A DNA stretch of 64,000 nucleotides. Origin: Bacillota bacterium. Its GTDB lineage: Bacteria > Bacillota > Clostridia > Ch29. Location of the stretch: contig JABVCK010000029.1 in assembly GCA_013540605.1 (NCBI GenBank), positions 257,022 to 321,021 of the forward strand, written 5' to 3'. Position numbers and translations under genes: made by a program. Each line of letters opens with the position of its first letter. Positions within the stretch are counted from its first letter, which is position 1. Positions 47,995 to 56,235 of this stretch are shown piece by piece. Under the pieces are notes generated by a model that was not told the DNA's origin, ran no database searches, and saw only the letters and a program-made list of their open reading frames with translations.

Positions 47995-48126
47995 AAAGGG
48001 GACATTCCGCGGCAAGGAATACATCGGGGACATTCCTCCCCCCCAGAGCTATGCTTCAAAGAGGAGGTGTGTCCCCATAACTTAAAGCAGCGGTGTGTCC
48101 CCTTACATTAATAAGGAGGAATAAGA
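47995..48126 (+). promoter_or_regulatory. Structured trpS leader that is not a T-box. It has nested inverted repeats and an anti-SD.
   Basis: c1 is AAAAGGGGACATTCCGCGG at 47995-48013. c2 is GGGGACATTCCTCC at 48026-48039. c3 is GGAGGTGTGTCCCC at 48063-48076. c4 is GCGGTGTGTCCCCTTACATTAA at 48090-48111. c2 pairs with c3 and c1 pairs with c4. TTCCTCC at 48033-48039 is complementary to the trpS SD AGGAGGA at 48114-48120. No AGGGTGGNACCGCG T-box motif is present. Confidence 0.45.
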
Positions 48127-49113
48127 ATGTCTAAAGGCACAATAATGAGCGGTATGAGACCGACCGGGAAACTGCATCTCGGCAATTATTTCGGAGCCCT
48201 TGAAAACTGGGTAAGGCTGCAGAATGAGTATAGGAGCTATCATGCCATAGTGGATTGGCATGCCCTAACTACCGCTTATGAAGACACAAGCGAGCTTCAG
48301 GATAACATCATGGAAGTGGCTTTAGACTGGCTGAGTGCCGGGCTGGACCCGAACAAATGCACAATATACATCCAGTCCGATGTAAAAGAAATAGCGGAGC
48401 TGTTCCTGCTCCTTTCAATGGTAACCCCGGTATCCTGGCTGGAGAGATGCCCGACTTATAAGGACCAATTGAAGCAGTTGGAAGGGAAAAATATAGCAAA
48501 TTTTGGATTCCTCGGATACCCATGCCTTCAGGCAGCAGATATATTGATTTTTAAAGCCCAGTACGTGCCTGTGGGTGAAGACCAGATACCTCACCTTGAA
48601 CTTAGCAGGGAAATTGCCAGAAGGTTTAATTATCTGTACGGTGAAACGCTTCCGGAACCCGAGGCGCTGCTAACCGAGGCAAAGGTATTGCCCGGCCTTG
48701 ATGGGAGAAAGATGAGCAAGAGCTATAACAATGCAATATACCTGTCGGACAGCGAGGATGAAATAAGAAGCAAGGTTAGTCAAATGATAACCGACCCGCA
48801 GAGGATAACAAAGACCGACCCGGGGAATCCGGACATTTGCTCGGTGTACGCGTTCCATAAGGTCTTTACTGAACTGGCAGACCTGAAAGAAACCGAAGAG
48901 GCCTGCAGGGGAGGAAAAGTAGGGTGTGTTGCCTGCAAAAAAAGGATGGCGGAAAACCTGGTAAAATTCCTGGAACCGATAAGGACTAAAAGGACTGAAC
49001 TGGAAGCCAATCTTGATGATGTAAGGGATATTCTGGACACGGGTGCAAAAAAGGCCAGGGAAGAGGCAAAGATTACGGTTCAAGAGGTTAGGGAAAAAAT
49101 GAACCTTAAATAA
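48127..49113 (+). CDS. trpS: Tryptophanyl-tRNA synthetase
   Basis: HIGH is GKLHLGN. KMSKS is present. The product is 328 aa. Confidence 0.92.
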   Translation: MSKGTIMSGMRPTGKLHLGNYFGALENWVRLQNEYRSYHAIVDWHALTTAYEDTSELQDNIMEVALDWLSAGLDPNKCTIYIQSDVKEIAELFLLLSMVTPVSWLERCPTYKDQLKQLEGKNIANFGFLGYPCLQAADILIFKAQYVPVGEDQIPHLELSREIARRFNYLYGETLPEPEALLTEAKVLPGLDGRKMSKSYNNAIYLSDSEDEIRSKVSQMITDPQRITKTDPGNPDICSVYAFHKVFTELADLKETEEACRGGKVGCVACKKRMAENLVKFLEPIRTKRTELEANLDDVRDILDTGAKKAREEAKITVQEVREKMNLK

Positions 49114-49128
49114 TTGGAGTGGGAACAA

Positions 49129-49875
49129 ATGACCTATAGGGTAAAACTGGAAGTGTTTGAAGGTCCCTTTGACCTGCTATTCCACCTCATAGAGAAGAAT
49201 GAGGTGGATATTTATGATATTCCCATTGCGGAAATCACTGCCCAGTACCTGCAATATTTAGAGGATATGAGGTATTTTGACATTGAGGTGGCTAGCGAAT
49301 TTCTTGTAATGGCAGCTACCCTTATCCAGATTAAATCAAGGATGCTGCTCCCGCAGCAGGAGGAAGACGGTACGGAGGAGGATATCGACCCAAGGCAGCA
49401 GTTGGTTGAAAGGCTGATTGAATACAGAAAATACAAGGGCATTACAGAAGAACTGAAAAAGAGAGAGGACAAGTATCAACTTCTTCTCTTCAGGGAACCG
49501 TCGCCTGTAGAGAGCTACGTGGACTACGAGCCAATATTGATAAATATTGATATTTCAGACCTGTGCAAGGCCTTTGATAGCGTAATGAAGAGATACAGCA
49601 GCCTGTACAATGAGGATACCGGCCTGGAAAGAAGTATACGCAGGGAAAGCATCACGGTCGTCGACAAAATCAAATATATCACGAACAGGCTTAGATACGA
49701 AAAAGAGGTTCTGTTTCAAAGCCTGTTCGGTGATGGAGAAACCCGGGAAAGCATAGTCGTAACTTTTTTGGCAATGCTTGAATTAATCAGGCTCAAAAGG
49801 ATAATGGTTGAGCAGAGGAATACTTTTGGCGATATTATTATTAGAAATAGGAAAACAAAGGCTGGAGATAAGTAA
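49129..49875 (+). CDS. scpA: Segregation and condensation protein A
   Basis: FEGPFDLLFHLIEKNEVDIYDIPIAEIT is the canonical ScpA N-terminus. Confidence 0.9.
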   Translation: MTYRVKLEVFEGPFDLLFHLIEKNEVDIYDIPIAEITAQYLQYLEDMRYFDIEVASEFLVMAATLIQIKSRMLLPQQEEDGTEEDIDPRQQLVERLIEYRKYKGITEELKKREDKYQLLLFREPSPVESYVDYEPILINIDISDLCKAFDSVMKRYSSLYNEDTGLERSIRRESITVVDKIKYITNRLRYEKEVLFQSLFGDGETRESIVVTFLAMLELIRLKRIMVEQRNTFGDIIIRNRKTKAGDK

Positions 49876-50417
49876 TGGACAAAAAGGAATTCAAAGGCAT
49901 TATCGAAGCGCTGCTCTTTGTTTCGGGAGACCCCGTCAGCATCCGGGACCTGGCCGGAGCGCTGGAGATTGAGCAAAAAGAAGTTATGGAAATAATTAGA
50001 GAGATGAAAGACCAGTACAATTTTGAGAGAAGGGGAATACAGATTATTGAAGTGGACGGCCATTTTCAACTGGCTACCCGCCCTGAACATTTTGAATTCA
50101 TACAGAGGCTGTACTCGCCTCAGAGAAAACAGGGATTGTCGCAGGCCGCTCTGGAAACTCTCGCTATAATTGCTTACAAACAGCCGATAACAAGGGCGGA
50201 GATCGATACAATCAGGGGTGTGCAGTCAGATAAAGCCCTTTATACCCTGTCTGAGCGAAAATTGATACAGGAAGTGGACAGGCTTGATACCGTGGGACGG
50301 CCTATTCTATACGGTACTACCATTGAGTTTCTAAGATACTTTGGTTTCAAATCGATCGATGACCTGCCCCAGCTGCTTGAAGAGCAGATAACCTACCTGG
50401 ACGAAAATACACGCTGA
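49875..50417 (+). CDS. scpB: Segregation and condensation protein B
   Basis: Tandem winged-helix protein. The start overlaps the scpA stop. Confidence 0.9.
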   Translation: MDKKEFKGIIEALLFVSGDPVSIRDLAGALEIEQKEVMEIIREMKDQYNFERRGIQIIEVDGHFQLATRPEHFEFIQRLYSPQRKQGLSQAALETLAIIAYKQPITRAEIDTIRGVQSDKALYTLSERKLIQEVDRLDTVGRPILYGTTIEFLRYFGFKSIDDLPQLLEEQITYLDENTR

Positions 50418-50485
50418 AGCGTGTATTTTTTTACTTTGGAGGCAAAAATATACTTGAGCAGCCAGGAAGCGGGAGGTTATCTGAT

Positions 50486-51130
50486 TTGGGCTATCTTAGA
50501 TATGTTTTTTTATTGTGGGTGGTTTCTTTAATACTTATACCGTTTACGAGCATCACCATAAGAGTAACCTATCTTAGAGATGGCAGCGATGATGAGTTGA
50601 TAGCGATAGTAGCCGGCCTGTTCGGCCTGGTAAATATAAAAAGAGAAACCAACCTGATTAAGCTGATGATGTCCCTAACGTCAGGTGTGGAAATGGAACA
50701 TGAAATCGAGGCAACGAAAAAAGGCAGACCGATAAAAGAAAGCAGCAGCTTTTTAAACTATAAAGAGGCTGTATGGGAATTCCGAAGGGCTTTGCGGCTG
50801 TATAGAAGATACAGAAAAGCTATTGACTTTCTCAGGGAAAGAATAACGGTTAAGGAACTGAGCTGGGAAACATCTCTGGGAACAGGAGATGCGGCTGTCA
50901 CAGGAATGGCCGTTGGATTGATGTGGACGCTTAAGACGGCTGTCATAAGTATACTGGACACCAGACTCAGGAACCTAACGTTGGGAGCCGTAGAGATCAC
51001 TCCCAGTTTCGACTGTGCAAAATTCAGAACTAAATTTGACTGTATATTAAGATTTAAAATCGGTCATGCTATAATTGCGTCGATCATTATTATCACAGCA
51101 ATTTTAAAGGATGGTGATACCTATGAGTGA
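50486..51130 (+). CDS. YtfI-like (DUF2953) sporulation-associated membrane protein
   Basis: N-terminal TM helix. It precedes ytfJ as in Bacillus. The family assignment is from memory. Confidence 0.45.
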   Translation: MGYLRYVFLLWVVSLILIPFTSITIRVTYLRDGSDDELIAIVAGLFGLVNIKRETNLIKLMMSLTSGVEMEHEIEATKKGRPIKESSSFLNYKEAVWEFRRALRLYRRYRKAIDFLRERITVKELSWETSLGTGDAAVTGMAVGLMWTLKTAVISILDTRLRNLTLGAVEITPSFDCAKFRTKFDCILRFKIGHAIIASIIIITAILKDGDTYE

Positions 51131-51539
51131 GCATCCGATTGAAGCTTTGATGAAAACAACGATGGAGAGTCTCAAAGAGATGGTGGATGTCAATACAATT
51201 GTCGGTGATCCTGTGGAAACCATGGATGGAACTGTAATTGTACCTATATCAAGGGTTGCTTTGGGGTTTGCATCCGGGGGAGGAGAATACCAAAAAAAAG
51301 CGGAGGAAAAAGAGCAAGGAGGCGGAAAGCTGCCCTTTGCCGGGGGAACCGGTGCCGGAGTTTCAGTTCAGCCGGTGGCGTTTATGGTGGTGGGGAAGGA
51401 ACACATAAAGTTGTTACCCGCAAACAGCAGCGGAATGGTCGAAAGGCTCATAGAAATGGCTCCGCAGTTAATAGAGGATTTGCAGAGTTCCTTTAAAAAG
51501 GTAAAAAACAACATGTCAAAATCTGAAACTGAACATTGA
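51123..51539 (+). CDS. ytfJ: YtfJ/GerW-family sporulation protein
   Basis: Glycine-rich GerW-family segments: VIVPISRVALGFASGGG ... GGTGAGVSVQPVAFMVV. Confidence 0.75.
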   Translation: MSEHPIEALMKTTMESLKEMVDVNTIVGDPVETMDGTVIVPISRVALGFASGGGEYQKKAEEKEQGGGKLPFAGGTGAGVSVQPVAFMVVGKEHIKLLPANSSGMVERLIEMAPQLIEDLQSSFKKVKNNMSKSETEH

Positions 51540-51540
51540 T

Positions 51541-51801
51541 ACTAGGTACTAGGTGCTAGGTCCTAGTATTAGTTCGCAGTTCGTAGTTGGTAGTTCGTAG
51601 AACATAGATCGCAGTTCGCAGTACCGTGGTGGAGTTTTCATGTCTTTTCTTTTCCTAGGGCTTCGCTGATGTCTGCCATCTGCCGACTGCCGACTACCAT
51701 CTGACAACTGGTAACTGATATCTGACAACTGATGTCTGACAACTGATGTCTGGCAACTGGTATCTGGCAACTGGCATCTGATAGCTGATCACAGTCACTG
51801 G
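51541..51801. repeat. Composite heptamer-repeat element, copy C, in the same orientation as copy A
   Basis: The first block has 12 tandem heptamers (ACTAGGT, ACTAGGT, GCTAGGT, ... GTAGTTG, GTAGTTC ...). A 40-bp spacer follows. The second block has about 18 tandem inverse heptamers (CAACTGA, TGTCTGA, CAACTGG ...). It fills the whole ytfJ-dacB gap up to the dacB RBS. Confidence 0.75.
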
Positions 51802-51817
51802 CAAGGGAGGTGAAGCG

Positions 51818-52936
51818 TTGAAGAAGTTGATGATGCCCTTTATTGTCCTACTGTCGATGATATACCTGTTTGTACCCTGTCCGGCTGCAGCTTCACAAAC
51901 CCCTAATGCAAAATCAGCCATTTTGATCGATGTTGTATCGGGGAGAGTCCTGTATTCAAAAAACGAAAAGGAAAGGTTGCCGATGGCAAGCACCACCAAG
52001 ATTATGACGGCTATAACAGCCATAGAAAACGGCAGGCTGGACGATGTGGTAACCGCTAGCTTCAGAGCTCAAAATACAGGAGGCTCATCGATCTATTTGC
52101 AGGCCGGAGAAAGGCTTTCCCTTGAAGACCTGCTTTACGGCCTTATGCTTGAGTCCGGAAATGATGCAGCGGTGGCTATTGCGGAGCATATTGGAGGGAG
52201 TATTGAAGGATTTTCCAGGATGATGAACGAGAAAGCCGCTGAAATAGGAGCGTTCAACTCAAGTTTCGCAAACCCTCACGGATTAGATAATCGGGAACAC
52301 TATACAACGGCGGAGGATCTCGGAAAGATAGCTTCCTACGCATTGAGGAACGAGACCTTTTCTACAATTGTTTCAACCAAACAGAAAAAAATACCCTGGT
52401 GGGGAAGGAGCTATAACAGAATTCTCACTAACAAGAACAAGCTTCTTTGGAACTTAGAGGGAGGAGACGGGGTAAAAACCGGTTATACCGGTAATGCCGG
52501 GAGATGCCTGGTTTCTTCGGCAACCCGGGACGGATGGCAGTTGGCCGGTGTTGTCCTTAATTGCGGCCCAATGTGGGAAGAATCTATAAATATGCTTGAA
52601 TACGGATTCAGCACTTACAAACCGGTAACCTATTACGAACAGGGCCAGTTCGTAAAAACTGTAGCGGTAGCAAATGGTAAGAAAGACAGGGTCAGGCTTG
52701 TGACCGACAGGTTGGTCCGGATACCGCTGACTGAGGAAGAAGAAGAAAAAGTCATTGTTGTCGAGGAATGGGAGGATATTCTAAGGGCGCCTGTAAAGGA
52801 AGGGCAGACAGCAGGATCTGTTAGGGTAGAATTGGAAGGCAAGGTGCTGTTCAGGGCAAACCTGATATGTCAGGAAAGCATTAAGGAGAAGAGCTTAAGG
52901 AAATTATTCTTTGAAATCCTTTCAAATGCGATATAA
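51818..52936 (+). CDS. dacB: D-alanyl-D-alanine carboxypeptidase DacB (S11)
   Basis: TTG start after GGGAGGTG. Signal peptide present. SxxK is ASTTK and SxN is SGND. Confidence 0.85.
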   Translation: MKKLMMPFIVLLSMIYLFVPCPAAASQTPNAKSAILIDVVSGRVLYSKNEKERLPMASTTKIMTAITAIENGRLDDVVTASFRAQNTGGSSIYLQAGERLSLEDLLYGLMLESGNDAAVAIAEHIGGSIEGFSRMMNEKAAEIGAFNSSFANPHGLDNREHYTTAEDLGKIASYALRNETFSTIVSTKQKKIPWWGRSYNRILTNKNKLLWNLEGGDGVKTGYTGNAGRCLVSSATRDGWQLAGVVLNCGPMWEESINMLEYGFSTYKPVTYYEQGQFVKTVAVANGKKDRVRLVTDRLVRIPLTEEEEEKVIVVEEWEDILRAPVKEGQTAGSVRVELEGKVLFRANLICQESIKEKSLRKLFFEILSNAI

Positions 52937-52947
52937 GCTAAAAAATA

Positions 52948-53000
52948 AACAGGGGCGGTTCCTAATTTGTGTAAATTGAGAACTGCCCCTGTTTGCCTAT
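52948..53000 (+). terminator. Terminator after dacB
   Basis: AAACAGGGGC...GCCCCTGTTT stem, then a T-rich tail. Confidence 0.55.
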
Positions 53001-53071
53001 TCGCCTCTTTTTGCATTTTTTATTGTAACAAATACCTGAGCAAAAAAATAACCTGATAGTATAGGGCTGAA

Positions 53072-53103
53072 GTGACTCCTATTTCTGCTTAAATAGGAGT
53101 CAC
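53072..53103. repeat. Perfect 13-bp inverted repeat upstream of the flavoprotein pair
   Basis: GTGACTCCTATTT-ctgctt-AAATAGGAGTCAC. Confidence 0.6.
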
Positions 53104-53143
53104 CATTGTTGTTGGAATGGTTATAGTTTCTTAAGGTTAAAAA

Positions 53144-54136
53144 ATGCTGGGGGGAGATGCGGCTTTGGTCAAAAGGAAACTGGAGTGTATAGATGCCGGC
53201 AGCGAATACTGTCCGTGTTATCTGGCTGAAACAAATGAATGCATAACATGCTCTCATTTACAGGGGAAAGAGTTTTGCGACTGCAACTGGAGGGGGGTAT
53301 GCATATATCAGGAATATGTATGGTCGGGATACAAGAGTAAAGGAATACGGTGCACCTGCCGGGCGGCGCTGTTGGAAAAGAAATATTTGTCACCCAATAC
53401 AATCCTGTTCAGGCTTGGTGTCACAAGGACACTTGCCAGAGAATTGGATAATCCCGGAGCCTATATTTTCATCAGAAACGAAGACAAGCCGAGTTATTTT
53501 GACGTGCCGATGTCCGTTATGGCTGTGAATACGGAAGAGAACGAGATATCTGTTGCAATGCAGGTTGTCGGAGCAAAAACAAAGGCTCTGGAGAGCGTTA
53601 GGGAAGGGTTGGTTATCAGAGGTCCTTACTGGAATGGTATACTTGGACAGAGGTACCTGAAAGGAATGAAGGATGGAAACTGTCTCGTTATAGCAAGGGG
53701 GATCGGCCAGGCTCCTGCAGCTAAGGTTGTTAGGTATTTGTGCAGGGGCGACAACCAGGTTAAGATTATAGCCGACCCGGGTAAAGTAGGGACTATATTT
53801 ATCAAAGAGTTCATCGGAAACGCACCCTGTGAGATAGAGGAGTTGGATCTGACTTCAAAGCAGGGACTGAGAATTATAAACAAGTATCTAAAGAACGAAA
53901 AATATGACATTGTGTTCAGCGGCGGATCGGATAAGCAGCACCTTTATATTATTCAGGAAATTGATAAGGTACAAGACAAACCCTACCTTGTGGTAACAAA
54001 CAACAATGAAATCTGCTGCGGCGAAGGAGTATGCGGAAGCTGCTCAACGCGTATCGAAAGCGGGGTACGGGTGAAAGCATGCAAGGTACAGCTTGACGTT
54101 CGAAAAGCAATCGAAAGGAGGATACTAAATGGTTAG
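53144..54136 (+). CDS. PyrK-like FAD/NAD(P)H oxidoreductase with a C-terminal [2Fe-2S] motif and a Cys-rich N-terminal extension
   Basis: FNR-like core (RGPYWNG, CLVIARGIGQAP). The C-terminus has CCGEGVCGSCS. The N-terminal roughly 90 aa contain 10 Cys (CIDAGSEYCPCYLAETNECITCSH...CDCNWRGVC...CTC). Confidence 0.65.
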   Translation: MLGGDAALVKRKLECIDAGSEYCPCYLAETNECITCSHLQGKEFCDCNWRGVCIYQEYVWSGYKSKGIRCTCRAALLEKKYLSPNTILFRLGVTRTLARELDNPGAYIFIRNEDKPSYFDVPMSVMAVNTEENEISVAMQVVGAKTKALESVREGLVIRGPYWNGILGQRYLKGMKDGNCLVIARGIGQAPAAKVVRYLCRGDNQVKIIADPGKVGTIFIKEFIGNAPCEIEELDLTSKQGLRIINKYLKNEKYDIVFSGGSDKQHLYIIQEIDKVQDKPYLVVTNNNEICCGEGVCGSCSTRIESGVRVKACKVQLDVRKAIERRILNG

Positions 54137-55409
54137 AGTAGTGGTAATAGGAGGAGGCTGGGCCGGGTGCGCGGCTGCGGTAACGGCAAGACAGGCCGGA
54201 GCCGAAGTGTTGATACTGGAGAAAACCGACATGCTTCTAGGCCTTGGCAACGTAGGCGGCATTATGCGGAATAACGGACGTTACACAGCCTCCGAGGAAT
54301 TAATTAGCCTTGGAGCAGGCAAGCTTATAGAAATAACGGATAAAGCGGCAAGACACTCAATGGTCGATTTCCCTGGTCACAGGCATGCCACTCTATATGA
54401 CGTCACCAAGGTAGAGCCCATGGTAAGAAGGCTGCTTCAAGAAATGGGCGTAGAGATAAGGACTATGGCTAGGGCTGTTGATGTAGAAAAGAAAGGCGCT
54501 GCAATTAAGGGTATACTAATGGCCGATGACAGCATAGTTGAAGGGGATGTTTTCATTGAAACAACCGGGTCAACGGGACCCATGGGCAACTGTCTCAAAT
54601 ATGGAAACGGATGTGCCATGTGCATACTTCGCTGTCCGTCCTTTGGACCAAGAACGAGCATAAGCCAGAGAGCGGGGGTTGAAGATATTCTCGGACAAAG
54701 GGGAGACGAGTGCTATGGAGCTTTTAGCGGTTCGTGCAAGCTCAACAAGGACTCCTTGAGCGATGATGTAAGAGAGACCCTTGACAGAGAAGGCGTTGTT
54801 GTGCTTAGGGTTCCGGAGGAAGATATCAAGATGGATAAACTATCCATTAAAGTATGTCAGCAGTATGCCTTGAAGGAATTTGCAGAGAACGTAATTCTCC
54901 TTGATACCGGCCATGCGAAGCTTATGACTTCCTATTATCCCCTTGAAAAACTGAGAAAGATAAAGGGGTTGGAAAATGCAAGATATGAGGATCCGTACTC
55001 CGGAGGAAAAGGAAACTCAATAAGGTATTTATCAATAGCTCCTAGAAGCAATGCAATGAAGGTCGATAATCTTGATAACCTTTTGTGCGGCGGAGAGAAG
55101 GCGGGATTATTCGTAGGGCATACTGAGGCAATTTCAACGGGCAGCCTGGCAGGGCACAACAGTGTTCGCCTTGTATTGGGAATGCCTTTGCTTGAACTTC
55201 CAAGGAATATCGTTATCGGAGATATTATCGCGTATGCCAATGAGAGAATAAAAACAAAGGAAGGGCTGAAGAAAAGGTATACCTTTGCCGGCTCCGAGTA
55301 TTTCGAACGTATGAAGGAAAGAAGGCTCTATACCATAAATCCGGAAGAAGTAAGGAGAAGGGTGGAGAGAATGGATTTGATAGATATATTCAGCGAGAAA
55401 CTGGTATAA
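54129..55409 (+). CDS. FAD-dependent oxidoreductase (GidA/TrmFO/HI0933-like fold) with an internal Cys cluster
   Basis: Dinucleotide-binding start VVVIGGGWAGCAAA. Cluster CLKYGNGCAMCILRCPSFG. The C-terminal FAD motif is GGEKAGLFVGHTEAISTGSLAGHN. RBS AAGGAGGA is present and the gene overlaps the upstream gene. Confidence 0.65.
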   Translation: MVRVVVIGGGWAGCAAAVTARQAGAEVLILEKTDMLLGLGNVGGIMRNNGRYTASEELISLGAGKLIEITDKAARHSMVDFPGHRHATLYDVTKVEPMVRRLLQEMGVEIRTMARAVDVEKKGAAIKGILMADDSIVEGDVFIETTGSTGPMGNCLKYGNGCAMCILRCPSFGPRTSISQRAGVEDILGQRGDECYGAFSGSCKLNKDSLSDDVRETLDREGVVVLRVPEEDIKMDKLSIKVCQQYALKEFAENVILLDTGHAKLMTSYYPLEKLRKIKGLENARYEDPYSGGKGNSIRYLSIAPRSNAMKVDNLDNLLCGGEKAGLFVGHTEAISTGSLAGHNSVRLVLGMPLLELPRNIVIGDIIAYANERIKTKEGLKKRYTFAGSEYFERMKERRLYTINPEEVRRRVERMDLIDIFSEKLV

Positions 55410-55456
55410 TATAGTATAATATAACTGGAAAGCAGGACGCAAAAGGAGGGCTGCCG

Positions 55457-56164
55457 GTGGAGAGACTGCAGAAATTCATGGCAAGGTGCGGGGTGGCTTC
55501 GCGCCGAAGATGCGAGGAGATTATAGAAGAGGGAAAGGTAAAGGTGAACGGCAAAACAGTAACCGGGATGGGATATAAAATTGAGCCCTGCGAAGATGAG
55601 GTTGAAGTCGAGGGCACTGTAATTAAACCGAAGGAAAGAAAGGTCTATTTAATGCTTAATAAGCCTGTCGGGTATGTTTCCACTGTCAATGACCAGTTTG
55701 GCAGGAAAACGGTGCTGGACCTGGTGAAAGACGTGGCAGAAAGGATATATCCCGTTGGCCGGCTCGACTATGATTCGGAAGGTCTTCTGCTATTGACAAA
55801 TGACGGGGACTTCACTTACAGAATGACCCACCCCAGCCATGAGGCAGATAAGGAATACCTGGCTTTGGTTAATGGAGTTCCCACCGAGAAGGAATTAAAC
55901 CTTCTGAGGAACGGCATAGAGATTGAACAGTATGTAACATCCCCGGCAAAGGTTGACATAGTCGAAATAAAAAGGGGTAAGGCCCTGCTGAGGATAACGA
56001 TACACGAAGGGAAAAACCGCCAGGTTAGAAGGATGTGCGATGCCGTTGGCTACCCGGTGGAGAGACTCAAAAGAACTGCGGTCGGCCAGGTAAGGCTAGG
56101 CAGCCTTAAGGTAGGACAGTGGAGGTATCTCACTAAGAAAGAAATAGATAGACTAATGGAATGA
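55457..56164 (+). CDS. rluB: 23S rRNA pseudouridine synthase RluB
   Basis: S4 domain (FMARCGVASRRRCEEIIEEGKVKVNG) plus an RsuA-family catalytic domain. Confidence 0.88.
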   Translation: MERLQKFMARCGVASRRRCEEIIEEGKVKVNGKTVTGMGYKIEPCEDEVEVEGTVIKPKERKVYLMLNKPVGYVSTVNDQFGRKTVLDLVKDVAERIYPVGRLDYDSEGLLLLTNDGDFTYRMTHPSHEADKEYLALVNGVPTEKELNLLRNGIEIEQYVTSPAKVDIVEIKRGKALLRITIHEGKNRQVRRMCDAVGYPVERLKRTAVGQVRLGSLKVGQWRYLTKKEIDRLME

Positions 56165-56168
56165 GATA

Positions 56169-56210
56169 GGCAAGACCGGACAGGGTGAAAAGCAACCTGA
56201 CCGGTCTTGC
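56169..56210 (+). terminator. Hairpin after rluB
   Basis: GGCAAGACCGG...CCGGTCTTGC stem with no clear U-tract. Confidence 0.4.
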
Positions 56211-56235
56211 TGTGCAGGACTATTATTGATAAAAT

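Noticed and set aside
47950-48126. T-box riboswitch upstream of trpS
   Set aside because: No AGGGTGGNACCGCG T-box sequence or terminator/antiterminator is present. The leader is too short. It is reported instead as a different structured element.
51549-51770. 73-aa minus-strand ORF
   Set aside because: It lies wholly within heptamer-repeat element C. Its periodic amino-acid sequence is an artefact of translating the tandem repeat.
51541-51801. Possible CRISPR array
   Set aside because: The repeat unit is only 7 bp, degenerate, and lacks unique spacers. No cas genes are nearby.
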